This document shows, one piece after another, positions 35,561 through 48,067 of a stretch of DNA of 54,507 bases (its first letter is position 1; each line of letters begins with the position of its first letter). The stretch lies in NCBI RefSeq assembly GCF_001194135.2, contig NC_068982.1, forward strand, positions 94,851,476 through 94,905,982. The letters run 5' to 3'. The DNA comes from Octopus bimaculoides (taxonomy: Eukaryota). Position numbers and translations under genes: made by a program. A model generated the notes under the pieces. That model was given only the letters and a program-made list of their open reading frames with translations. It ran no database searches and was not told the DNA's origin.

Positions 35561-36225
35561 ACACTTGTACATGCGTATCTTTATCTTTGTCGCATATCTT
35601 TGTACACAGATATGCATTTGTGTATCTGTGTGTATGTATGTATACGTATATATGCATGTGTGTATGTGTTTAATATCTTCCCATAAAAGTAGACTCACTA
35701 ATTAATGTGTATGACCATTGCTTTTTATGAACGTCAGGGCAATGCTGACCTTTTAGTCACGTTACTGAAATTTATCTTCCCATCTAAAGACCATACAAAA
35801 TCACGATAGTTGGCATCGTGTATGGACATCATGTCGCTTTCTGCCGTTATTAAAATGACCACTTTTTCTTTTAAAAGGTAACCACATACCTTCTCAGCAT
35901 TTAGCAATGCAACACACGTTTCTATATATTTCTTGCCTCCACAATTTTTTCACGCCCATCCATTACAGTATTAAACCGTTTTATTACTCATACCTTCCCA
36001 GAACTGCAACCCGAAGAATTTTTCAGTTTTCTTAGAAACAACAAGCTAAGATTCTCCAACTGAACATCAACAATACATCGATGTTAGAACATTCAAATAT
36101 CAGTGGTTCTCACTCTCTGTCTCTCTCCCTTTCTCTCTCTCCCTTTGTTTTTCTCTCTCTGTTTTCTCTATTTCCCCCTTTTCTCTTTGCCTTATTGCTA
36201 CTTGCTTAAATAAAGAAAAGATTCA

Positions 36226-37463
36226 CACGCAGAAGTACCCTAAAGAAACCAGAATTTTGCAATATTTTATTCACTTAGCTTTACATGTTTACACGTTTAT
36301 CACCTTCAAACTATTCTCCATTTGAAGCAATGCATCGGTCCAGACGCGCTTTCCACTGTTTGAAGCAGTCCTAGAACTCTTGCGAAGTGATGCCTATTAA
36401 CGCCTCGTCGTTTTGTTTTCTTCACCTCTTCCACATCTGCAAAACGTTTTCTTTTAAGGAGTTTTTTTCATTCTGGGGAACAAAAAATGTCACAGGGAGC
36501 AAGATCGGGTGAATAGGGTGGGTGAGTAAACGGGGTCATCCTTGTTTTGGTAAAAAAAACTGTCTCACACTCAAGGTGGTGTGCGCAGGAGCATTGCCAT
36601 GATGAAGCCACCGTCTTCAATTTTCCACAGGTCAGGGCGTTTTCGTCTCACCGCGTCTCGCAGACGCGTCAGAGCTGCCAAATAAAATGTCTGGTTAATA
36701 GTTTGACCAGACGGAACAAATTCAGTGTGGACAATTTCTTTCGAATCGATGAAACAAATCAGAATCGTCTTGACATTGGACTTAAATTGACACGCTTTTT
36801 GGAGGCGTGGTGATAGTAAATGATTCCATTGGTTTGATTGCTGCTTCATTTCCGGATCATAACCGTATCACCAGCTTTCGTCACCAGTGATGTCCTTCCA
36901 AAAAAGGTTCGGATCAACTTTCATCTTTTCTTTCAGTCTTGATTGCTTTTTATCTTCCGTGAGCAAACGAAGCACAAATTTTGCTGCAACTATTTTCATT
37001 CGCAATCCTCGCTCAAAATTTAATGGCAGGAGCTTCAGGATACACCAGTCATATCATCAAGTCCGTCAATTGTTCGGTGACGGTCCAGCATCAGTTTCCC
37101 CAAGCGGCAAGAGACCATTTCTAAAGCGCGAAAACCACTCGTTAACTTATGTTTTGCTCATGGCAGCATCCTTGAAGCTTTTCGAAGCATGACAACTATT
37201 TCCTCCAGCGTTTTCCTCAGTAAAAAAATGAATTTCACGGAAGCATGCTGGTCCTTCATTTCTGCCATTGCAAAAAAACGACGAACAGGAGAGAAGCACT
37301 GCAAAACAAAGACGCACTACGTGGCAGTAGGAATACAACCAGAGTCGCCGGTCGGCAGACATGCCTGAGAATCGCATCAAGTGGCTTCTAGTGGCGGAAA
37401 CCTGAACTACAACGGACTTGTCCCACAGAGAACGTTTCCGATTACTTTGGGTACCCACTTGTA
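36226..37463 (-). mobile_element. Mariner (Tc1/mariner) DNA transposon, near full length, degenerate
   Basis: Minus strand KQQS.QW, KSNVKTILICF.DSK.IVHTEFVP.GQTINQTFYLAAL.RLRDAVRRKRPDLW and YSPDLAPCD; imperfect TIRs (gtaccc.aaag.aa.c.gaa) about 1.24 kb apart. Confidence 0.92.
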
Positions 37464-38035
37464 CATATTGAAGTCCAGGACGTAATGCTTTTTATCATAG
37501 GTTGCGTGATCAAAGCTGAGCTGGAAAGCAACTATGATGAAAACTTAGACCAAAATTCTTCTTTTGACAGTGGCATACCTAGTTTTCCCCAGAAATGTAT
37601 TTGTGCAGCTACTGAGACTTAAACAACTATATAACATTCTGTGTTGGAATTATTAAGCGTAAATCCTAAGTTTCTAAAATTTATGACACCTAACAGTCCT
37701 CAGTTGAAAGGAAATTTTCTGTAAGGCTCTGGTGCAGCCACTTCTGACAACAGAAACCCCTCGTTGTTCAATACGATTCATTAAACACTTTAACCTGATT
37801 TCCAGTAATTTGTAGAAAACTTTTCATCATTATTCCTTCCGTCCATCTTATGACTCAAAATTGCTCTAAATAGGAAGCCAACCAAGATTTGAATTCGTTT
37901 CCACTTGTACAAGCATTACAGCTATTTGTATGTCATTACATTCTTAATTTGCTATCCAAATAGAACACAAGCGAATACATGTTCAGTTGGAGTGTATTTT
38001 AAAACTGAAGTTAACATTTTCATTATGGATTATAC

Positions 38036-38460
38036 GAGCGTAGTTATGTGGTAAGAAGTTTGCTTCGGAACCACATGGTTCCGAGTTTACTTTCACTGCA
38101 TCGCACCTTGGACAAGGGTCTTGTACTATGTCCTTGGGTCAACCAAAGATTTGTGAATGGACGTAGTAGACGTAAATTTTAAGAAGTTCGTCAATTACAT
38201 ATTTATATGTGTATATGTGTGTGTGTTTGTGTGGCGTATCTTTGCATTTGTGTTTGTTCGCCACCAACACCGCTTGACAACCGATATAGCTGTGTTTACA
38301 TCCCCGTCACTTAACGGTTCGGCCAAAGATCGAGAAAATAAGTACAAAGCTTTTAATAAATTACTGGGCTTGATTCAATCAAATTAAAGTGTTTCAAGGC
38401 GGTGCTCCAGCGTTCCCGCAGTCAAATGACTGAAACATGTAAAAGATATAAGATAAAAGA
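38036..38460 (+). mobile_element. SINE family A, near full length
   Basis: Aligns along its length with 941-1319. Confidence 0.85.
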
Positions 38461-38801
38461 CAATATTCATCCGGTTATATGATAACCTTTAAATATTTGA
38501 GAATAGTCTAAGGAATGAGGAAAAGAAAACGTTCAATCACAATAGATTTGTGAATAAGAGTTGTTTGCTGGAAGAAACTGACAAAATTAATAAAGCGCTA
38601 ATATCGACAATGCATACTGTAACGTTTCAAAATGAAGTTCTTGTAGATTTCAAAATGTTCTGATTCCTGACACCAATAAGGATTACCTCTAATTGCTAAA
38701 TGCATTAAATTACAAAATTATGATTAAAAATGTAGACAGTTTCTATTTTAAAATTTATGAAATTCATGGGATTGCCAAATGAATTAAGTGTTCTCTGGCA
38801 G

Positions 38802-38868
38802 ATGTAGGAAAGATTATTCTAAACATGAACGCAAGAAGAGGCGCCTGCAGGCTGATTTGGATTTCAAG
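38802..38868 (+). CDS. Candidate coding exon (CRKDYSKHERKKRRLQADLDFK)
   Basis: gtgttctctggcag acceptor, AAG|gtgtac donor, open phase 2 to 0, charged helical peptide. Confidence 0.4.
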
Positions 38869-40224
38869 GTGTACCTTTTACACTTCTTTCCATCACATGC
38901 ACTTTAACCCGCATACCATAAGGACAGCACGCCCTCTGCTTAGTCTGCACAAAACCTGTTTTGTATATTGTGACGTTATGTATGACAATTTATTAAACAT
39001 AACTAATTTTTGTTCTTTCAGGTCATTATTGCTACTGTATCTTTTGGATGGCTCATGAGATATTATCTATACTAGAATAATCCGAAAATCAATATATACT
39101 ATCGAAAACGTTTGGAACAATTCTTTCCGCCTTTCACTCTCCTTTATCTCGAAGTTTTGTGAACGCAACGAAATTTGAAACACCATTATTGACAAGTGAG
39201 TTCTATATTCTTTCTATATAAAGTGAGAAAAAAGACAATATACATCATATAAATTATCAATGTTTCCATAAGAATAAAGCATTAATACCGTAACAAACGG
39301 ATGCTGTTACAAGTACCAATGCCCACACGAGATTTCATGTTGGTTTATAAAAAGCACACATCAGTAGCATTATTATGTTGTGTCTAACCTGTTCTTTTAT
39401 AGAACATCTAGTGCCCTACTATGTATTTTTTTTTTACATTTGCTTTTGTTGTTGTTGCTTTGAGTCGTTATATTTCTATTTCCTAAATGTCTTACTGGTG
39501 TTGCCATGGATATTTTATGACTATTCTATATGTGTAAAACGCTTCTAGACATTTTAATTTATTCCATCGCTCATACGTAGTTATCGTATTTTGATGATCA
39601 CGCGTATTAGAAAGCGAATTGCTATATCTGGCGTTCACCTCTTGAGAAGACACTACACGCTCTGACGCTGACATTACAGGCATTGTGTAGTCTGAAGACA
39701 ATTTAGACGAAGGCATACTTTATATAAGATTCCCTAAAGGTATCGTTTGTAATGATGATTGCATTGTAAGTCATAGTTGATTTGTATAGTGTTTGTTTTG
39801 AATTAAATTGGTTAGGTTTGTTGTGTATATGTGCTATTTTTACTCATATTTTGTGTCAGTACACAAGCACATTTAATATTTGTTATACTAAACAGTATTG
39901 TTCAAGTATAATCTAGGCAGTGAACATAAAGAATAAGTATTGTAGTTACTTTAGAAGTTAGAAATCTTTTCTGTTTTTGAAATTTTTAAATCAAGTGAAA
40001 ATTCGGTATATTGATGTGATTTTTCACTCTGAATCTGATTTTGTTATACGCTTGTCGCAGAAAACTGTTTGCAGACGTTTAAAGTTTGATTATTTTTACC
40101 CAATCACGGAACAGTATTTGGAAACTGGAATTTTGTGTGAAAGCTGTCTAAGACAATATTTCACAAAACGTTACAAGTTTTAATAATTTTTAGAGAATAA
40201 ATTTATGTGAAATATTATTTTCTA

Positions 40225-40412
40225 CACCAGGCACAAGGCCCGAAATTTTTATGGAAGGGGCTAGTCGATTAGATCGACCCCAGTACGCAACTGGTACTTA
40301 ATTTATCGACCCTGAAAGGATGAAAGGTAAAGTCGACCTCGGTGGAATTTGAATTCAGAACGTAAAGACAAATGAAATACCGCTAAACATTTCGCCCGGC
40401 GTGCTAACGTTT
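40225..40412 (-). mobile_element. SINE family B, well conserved
   Basis: Reverse complement of the full head and core. Confidence 0.88.
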
Positions 40413-40519
40413 CTAATTATGGGAAATACTGGAACAGGCATGTAAACAAATACAATGGAAAATTCTGAGTGAAATTGTTTTTGCGAAAGATTACAAAATA
40501 TAGAAATAACTGAATGTTA

Positions 40520-40790
40520 TGTCAAGTCGTCAAAAATAGTGTTTCCTGGAAGAATAGACTGATATATGCATTCCTCTAATGTATCGCAATTCCGACATGG
40601 TACGGCACAAAAATAAGGCCTCCGAATGTCCACTCCTCCATTAACACCATTCCTCGTTTTGTATTTACTTCTCAATAACATTCCCAGAACCGGCAATCTG
40701 AGCTGGGGCGCGGCAATCTACAGCTGTGTAGTGGCAAGCAGACTTATAACTTAGCTTGTTACAGTGGATGCAGGCATCAATATTTCTGTG
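40520..40790 (-). mobile_element. Possible Merlin (ISXO2-like DDE) transposase remnant
   Basis: Frameshifted minus-strand IAGSGNVIE..SKY..RG..EEWTFGGL resembles the Merlin motif IGG.G..VEIDES..KRKYNRG...WVFGG. Confidence 0.4.
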
Positions 40791-42699
40791 GCTTTCGGTT
40801 TGCTAAAATTTACCCAATATTTGCAAACTTTAAAAGCTATTAACATTTTATTATTAATTTATGCCAAAAATGAATTTTATTTCCATAATTAGCATTCAAA
40901 ACTACAGCAATAAACCACATTTGAAGATAATTGGAACAAAATTAAAAGAAACGAAAACTGCCCGAAACAGAAAAGATCCGAAGCTAGTATAATTGATTGA
41001 TAGCTGTTTTATTATACTCAATATTTGTAAATTTAAAAGTAAAATACATGTTACTTTTAGTAATGTTTATATTAAGTTGGTGAAATGGCAGAGGTATTAA
41101 AGCGATGTGAATATGAAGTTAAATTTGTTCCGGCTCTTGACCTTCTGATTTCAAACTTGAGTAACGGTAGTTTTACTCCTATCGTTATTCCAGTATCGAC
41201 AAAATAAAACACCAATCAATCAGTGATATCGACAATAGCAATTAACCCCCTCCCCTTAAAACTACATTCCTCGTGTCTAAATAAGAAATAATTATTACTA
41301 CTATTCTGAGGTCATAAGTTGAAAGGATCATAAGAGATTCGGAAATAATATGTAGTATTTTTTCAGCCCATTTTGTTCAGATTTCAAATCCTGCTCAATG
41401 TAATTTCGCTTTGTATCCCTCGGGGATTGATAAATGATGTGTAAAAATAATGTGTCCCCTCTTGCTCTGTTTAGTTTATTCTCTAAACAGAACATGATGT
41501 AAAAATATTAATCAAATATTGAGGTCGCCGATATCGATTAAATACCTTCCTCTCAAAACTCTTGGTATTCAATTAGGTACGAAAATAATTATTATTGATA
41601 TTAGCTTTATTTTTTTGTTTTTTCCATCATGGATGGTCAATCTTCAGAGAGTGCCACTTGGGAGATATTTTCTCGTCAGCTTATTTGATCAAATGGGGTA
41701 CATTTTTTTTCTTGTCCTTTGAATATCAACATAATTGCACTGAGGGTGGAAGAGAAGGTTCTTTCTTAGACATTTTTATTATATACACATATTTTTGCAA
41801 ATATCAGTTTTACCTTGTAAAAGTTTTAATATGATTATTCCTAAAGTATCAGGAGAAATGTGTAGGCCACAAATACTGCCCATAAATCCCTAAAAATTTC
41901 AAAATCATCTACAGATAAATAAAATATAAATAAGAAAATGAAAATTACACATAGCTTTACAGTCTGTCTTTTAAATTTAACAGCACAGAAAAAATTGTGA
42001 AACACGAACTCAAAAAATAAACAATAGAAAAAGTACGAGTAACAGAAAGTTATTTGTTGCTAACGTTGGAAACCAAAAGACAATACTAGACATAGATCAA
42101 ATTGAAGAAAAAAAATGTGAAAACCATAGGTAATAAGAGAAAATTATTTGTTCACTGCGAGAAAAGTGAGCAAGCGGTTAAATACCTATGTTTATCGAAA
42201 TGGAGAATCTTCTTTAGACCCTCTAAGGAAGGGTTGGGATATCTTATTTTGATATCATGTAAGTTCATAGGCTGGAATTAAGTATATTGTATTATGAGTC
42301 AGCCAGGTAGCTAGTGCGTTTCACATGTGCAGCTCATGCCTCCCAAAGGTGTGTATCGAAATATATAGATCTCAAGAATATAAAGGACACGGTCAGAGAT
42401 ATTGTTGCCGATTCCTTCACAGTAGTGTTTGACATGAGTATTACTAGCAGATCAAGCGAGCACCTAGAATCTGTTTCGTTGAGTCAGTTTCCCTGAAACA
42501 CTATCTGCTTTGAGCGTTATGATACACCTAAGACATACTACTAAAATGCCGGTAGGGTCTTTGGTACTAGCTTAACCTAGATAGTGCGATTACATTTTCC
42601 AATGCATACTAATTTTTAAAGACAATTGAGTGTGATTTAAAGGAGATTTCGCAGATATTTCTAAGTTTTACTACTTAAATGCTGTTTTGGTATATTTGT

Positions 42700-42910
42700 T
42701 TCAAATTTCGGCTGAAGACCAGCAATTTCGAGGGGGCGATAAATCGATTAAACGGATCCCAGTGCTTATCGGATACTTATTTCATCAACCCCTGAAGGAA
42801 TGAAATGAAAAGTCAACTTGGGAATAATTTGAACTCAGAAAATAAAGACGGACGAAATGCTGCTAAGCATGTTGTCCGGCTCGATAACGATCCTGACAGC
42901 TCGCTGCCTT
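42700..42910 (-). mobile_element. SINE family B, diverged
   Basis: Reverse-complement core and head. Confidence 0.75.
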
Positions 42911-45869
42911 GCTCTTTTCTGTTATATTTTAAGCCAAAGTACACTGTTTTTTACAAATAATCTTTTTCATATCCAGCTCACCAGCTATTTTCGCTGCTGT
43001 TTATACATACAGTTTGCTTGTCTTAATTCTATTTGAAGTGTTTTGATGATGTTCAACATACTTGCCGGCGTTCTTTTGTTTTGAGGTTATCAACACCACC
43101 TTTACTATGATAGCACAGCTTCCATATTTCATCAGAGCAATTATTTCTCCATTGTTTGTCAGCCGATTTTACACATAAGCAACATATTCCAAATTCTATA
43201 AGAGCAAGTATCAATTATATTTATATTCACTTTCAACACCCAGCCATTTATCACTGTTAATATTACTTTACTAGAAATGGGCAAGTAGAAATGAAATTGT
43301 TTCTTGCTTCTTCATGTCAGCATCATAAACAGGGCTTCCTTTAATTTTTGATAGCTAGATGTTGAAACGGGATGAAAAAGGCTATTTAGATTCATATTAC
43401 TACTCTCGGATTAGAGTTCAAAAATAACCATACATAGGGTGTTTCTATTAATTTATTTTCTGTTTTCCTGTATGATTTCCGCTGCTATGTTGTGCTTAAC
43501 TATTTGTTTTACTTTTTTCGTTATCGATATATTTTTCATATTTTCGTCTCTATCCATATTTTCCTCCCTGTGTATTTTGATTTCTGATATATATATATAT
43601 ATATATATATNNNNNNNNNNNNNNNNNNNNNNNNNNNNNNNNNNNNNNNNNNNNNNNNNNNNNNNNNNNNNNNNNNNNNNNNNNNNNNNNNNNNNNNNNN
43701 NNNNNNNNNNNNNNNNNNNNNNNNNNNNNNNNNNNNNNNNNNNNNNNNNNNNNNNNNNNNNNNNNNNNNNNNNNNNNNNNNNNNNNNNNNNNNNNNNNNN
43801 NNNNNNNNNNNNNNNNNNNNNNNNNNNNNNNNNNNNNNNNNNNNNNNNNNNNNNNNNNNNNNNNNNNNNNNGTGTGTGTGTGTGTGTGAGATTTTGGAGG
43901 CTTAGTTAGAGACAGAAAAGAGAGAAAGAAAATGGTGCTTTCATGCGATGTTGGAAATTGATACAGATCAAAAAGGTCACATTTCTTATCAGTTGCAATA
44001 AATTTGTTTTGGCCGTTGTGTGAGCGATTGTAGTTTTGGTCAGTTGTCATTTTACCTAGTTACAGAACATAAAATCTAACAAATTATGTTATTATGAAGC
44101 TAGTATAATTTATTTATTCATGTTGTATTGTAGTAAAACTTATGTTATGTTTTATTATGCAACTGTTGATATATGAGCTTGATATTAAAATTTGTTTATG
44201 TGCAGACAGTATTTCTAATCTCTTTTGTGACCATCTACCATACGCTTCAGATGACCTTTTGGAAATCATTTAATTAAATGAAAATTATTCTTACGTCATT
44301 CAGCTTATATATTGCCATACTCTCCCAATTATATGTTGCCATTTAACTTATTCCTGCCATGAGTTGACTTGTGCTTTTGTCTTTCTTCTTTAACCATACT
44401 GGTCAAATTATACTGGTCAAAAATTGTTCGTAACTCTTCTATATTTAAAAGCTAGTTACAGCTGATCAAAACAGGCTTCAGTAGACTCTGCTATGCTGAT
44501 AAGATCCAATAATACAGAAATGTTTGTACAGTAGGCCCAGGCCTACAAAAAGGATAAGGTTTTCCTGAAACTCTTAGCGTAATGAGATTAATTGATAATT
44601 TCTTGAAAGTATTTCTTCTTTCCTTTGAGAATCGCTAACGACTCCCGCTATTTTATTTGTCTTTCTTCAAGTAAAGTGCACATTTTAATTGACTATAATT
44701 CGGTGCATTTACCGCTTAAGTTATTCATCGATCTGTTTTCTTTTGTATCCAGTCTCTGTTTTTTTTTTTGTCTTCTTCTTTGCTATGCGTGATCCTTTCA
44801 TTGTTTTTAAAAATAAAGGTTTCCTCCATACATCTCCGATAACTTTTTCGCTCTCGTGATAATATTATCAAGATTAAAGACACGTCTTTCCATGAATAAA
44901 GATCCTAGTATTTTGAATATTGTTTGTAAACACATTCCTCTAGCGTAGACTTTAAATCATTTGTGCACATTCTTTGAGTATTAACAGTGATTGCTCTAAT
45001 CATTACCTTCTTCAGCTGCAACCATACACAAGCCTGCACAGATATTGTACTGTCTACGTCTTATAATGCACAATGATAACTTATGGTGAATTTATATAAA
45101 TAACATGGCTAGTACTGCGTTGTATGTGTGCCAGAACATATTTTAACTGTGATAAGATGTTTAACATTCTAGAAAATATCAACATCACCCATATTTGCGT
45201 ATTGCTAGTATATCTGTGACAGTTCTACCAAAAAGTATGCAATCACGATTAGCAAATGTCTTCAACTGAACGACAAAGACATGTTCACCAAAATAATTAC
45301 AACCATAAGGCTATCTTCACAGTTTCTTTATCTTTATCTTAATTACAACAAGTACTAAAATCTGATTTATCTTGCATACAAATCGTTATCCTTGTTTCAT
45401 CCCAAATCCTGCACATAACAATTTCCTGATACTTCGCATTCTGCAATGCATCCCCAAACAATTTCTGTCATACTCAGGTTTTTGTACAACCAGTAACCAG
45501 TAACAAGTTAAATTTGAAGATAATACACATCATATTCATAAGTTTGGAAAGTGCCTGCAAAGATAAAATGAAATTGCTTATTTCTTACGGTTATTTATTT
45601 ATTTTCCGCTTAGATCATTTAAAAAATTTTTTTCCCATTAACATTGCTTTGGACAATTCTGTTTTGAGTCTGGAGTCTGTTTGACTGTCACTATCTTAGA
45701 TTATTCAGCGGTGTCGTTTGATAATTAGCATTATATGTGCTGCCACTCTGTTATAGCACAATTATGTATCTATATATGTATCTATCAAGATTTTTATAAG
45801 TATGCTTATATATAAACACAAACATAGATACATGCACATACACACAAACACACGCACGCATACACACAC

Positions 45870-45948
<79 letters not shown>

Positions 45949-46009
45949 NNNNNNNNNNNNNNNNNNNNNNNNNNNNNNNNNNNNNNNNNNNNNNNNNNNN
46001 NNNNNNNNN

Positions 46010-46063
<54 letters not shown>

Positions 46064-46693
46064 CTCACTAGTATATTATTGCCAATCTAGTTTCTGCACC
46101 GAGACGAAATGATAAATTACAGAAGAAACAACGAAAATGTTAGAGAAAACAGGGAGGAAAATTAAAGATACGCGTCAATACGGTGGTGACGATGATTATT
46201 TGTTTGTCGCTGGTAGTCATGGTAACATTCGTGACGGTGAGAGATGCTTGCAATAAACCAGATGCAATAAATCATTTATTACTTTCTATTAAATTTCAGT
46301 TCACAAAATAATTCAACTGTTTGCTGTTAGTTCCTTGCTACCTACAAACATTTCCACTACCTTCCATGCTAACACTTTACTATCTTCACCACAACAATTC
46401 CCTATGTATGTATCTACGTATATTTTCCCCACAACTAGTTTTTACCTAGTCCTTACCTTCGTCTATACGTTTGTTTCATTTTGTATTTTTCCCTTTCACC
46501 GTCATTGTTCATTTTATTGTAATTGTCTCAACAACTGTCCCTCATTGTGTCTCGTGTCCGGTCGCCTATGACCCAGGGAGCGTGTTTTTGATACCCCCAA
46601 ACTGGACAGAATTGTAGGAAGATGCTGAAATTGTCCATCTCTCTCTTTATCTCTCACTCTATCTGTATATCTAAATATGCGTGTGTGTGTGCG

Positions 46694-46740
<47 letters not shown>

Positions 46741-46749
46741 GTATATATA

Positions 46750-47244
46750 GTAAAGTTTATTTTCCAGCAGAAGGTGGCAGTCCTATACAAGGACGATGTT
46801 GCTGTTGTTTAGTCCCAGGAAAAATCTTTTCCAACTGGCTATTGACACACAGGTTGTGTCCATATAGTATAAGCAAGGGAGGTCATCACTCACATCTTTA
46901 GTCTTACGTGATACTCACAGACCGAGGTTTCTGGGTATTTCCCCCTCATAGATGCGATACAATCACAGGCTAGTGATGGGAGCTCACTCAACTTGCTTAC
47001 ACCATAAATTGTTTTTTGGCAACACACACTCGCTGATCTCGTAAAGAGAAAACAGCTAGTTTTAAATCTCTGATCGAGAGATATGTAGTACCAGTATCGA
47101 AGTGTAAAGTTTATTTGCCAACAGAATGTTGCAGTCCTCTGCAAGGACGATGTTACTGTTCTTTAGCCCCAGGAAAAATCTTTTCAGTTATCGACACACA
47201 GTTTGCGTCCGTATAGTGTAAGCCAGGGAGGTCATTGCTCCCAT
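46750..47244 (+). repeat. Pair of about 145-bp imperfect direct repeats (46750-46895, 47104-47244)
   Basis: Shared gtaaagtttattt..ca.cagaa..tgcagtcct..caaggacgatgtt..cccaggaaaaatcttt..gacacacag..gggaggtcat. Confidence 0.9.
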
Positions 47245-47485
47245 ATATATATAATAAATGAAAGATGGAGGATGGATGATATTATTTATATTTATCACGA
47301 CAATTTTTTCGACATATCTGGCATCGATTCCTCACGGGTGGGATACTTAACAACTGGTTCAGGAGCATCTGTCGCTGCAGTTGTGTCTCTTCGGGTTATA
47401 AATAGATATGACTCGTTAAAATATATATCTCTCTATATATACATATATATATATATATTGTATATATACATGTATATATCTATCT

Positions 47486-47519
<34 letters not shown>

Positions 47520-47523
<4 letters not shown>

Positions 47524-47700
47524 TAAAAAACACAAAAAAACAATAACAAAAAAACAACAAAGTGAGGACGTGATACGGATAGTGTTATTGGACGCTCGGG
47601 AAAGGAAGGAGAGAGAGTATGACGTTTCGGGCGGAGCCCTTCGTCGGAAAGACAGAAAGTTCGGAGAATGGAAAAACGGGTGAACGCGCATGCGCGCATG
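47520..47700 (-). mobile_element. Solo Penelope pseudo-LTR-like fragment
   Basis: Shares architecture and ttcccgagcgt with 29100-29245; contains CCGACGA-hairpin-GAAACGTC. Confidence 0.65.
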
Positions 47701-48018
47701 AACGCACATATGTAAATATGAACATATCGATTAAAAATCTTTTCAACGAGTTTGCTTTCATTCCAATTTTTCAGTGTTTCCATCTCAACCAACACTTATC
47801 GCAGTTTCTGCTTCCATCACCGTTCGTCTGCCCCTCTCTCTCCCTCTTTTTGTCTATTTATTTCTCTGTGTTTTCCACGATCACAATAATAGACAGAGTT
47901 CTCAGGAATTTCAAATAGCTTCGCCCGTATATATATGTGTGTATGTATATATATATAGATATATATATATGCGCGCGTGTACACACATATACACATATAT
48001 ATATATCTGGGGGTGTAT

Positions 48019-48065
<47 letters not shown>

Positions 48066-48067
48066 AC

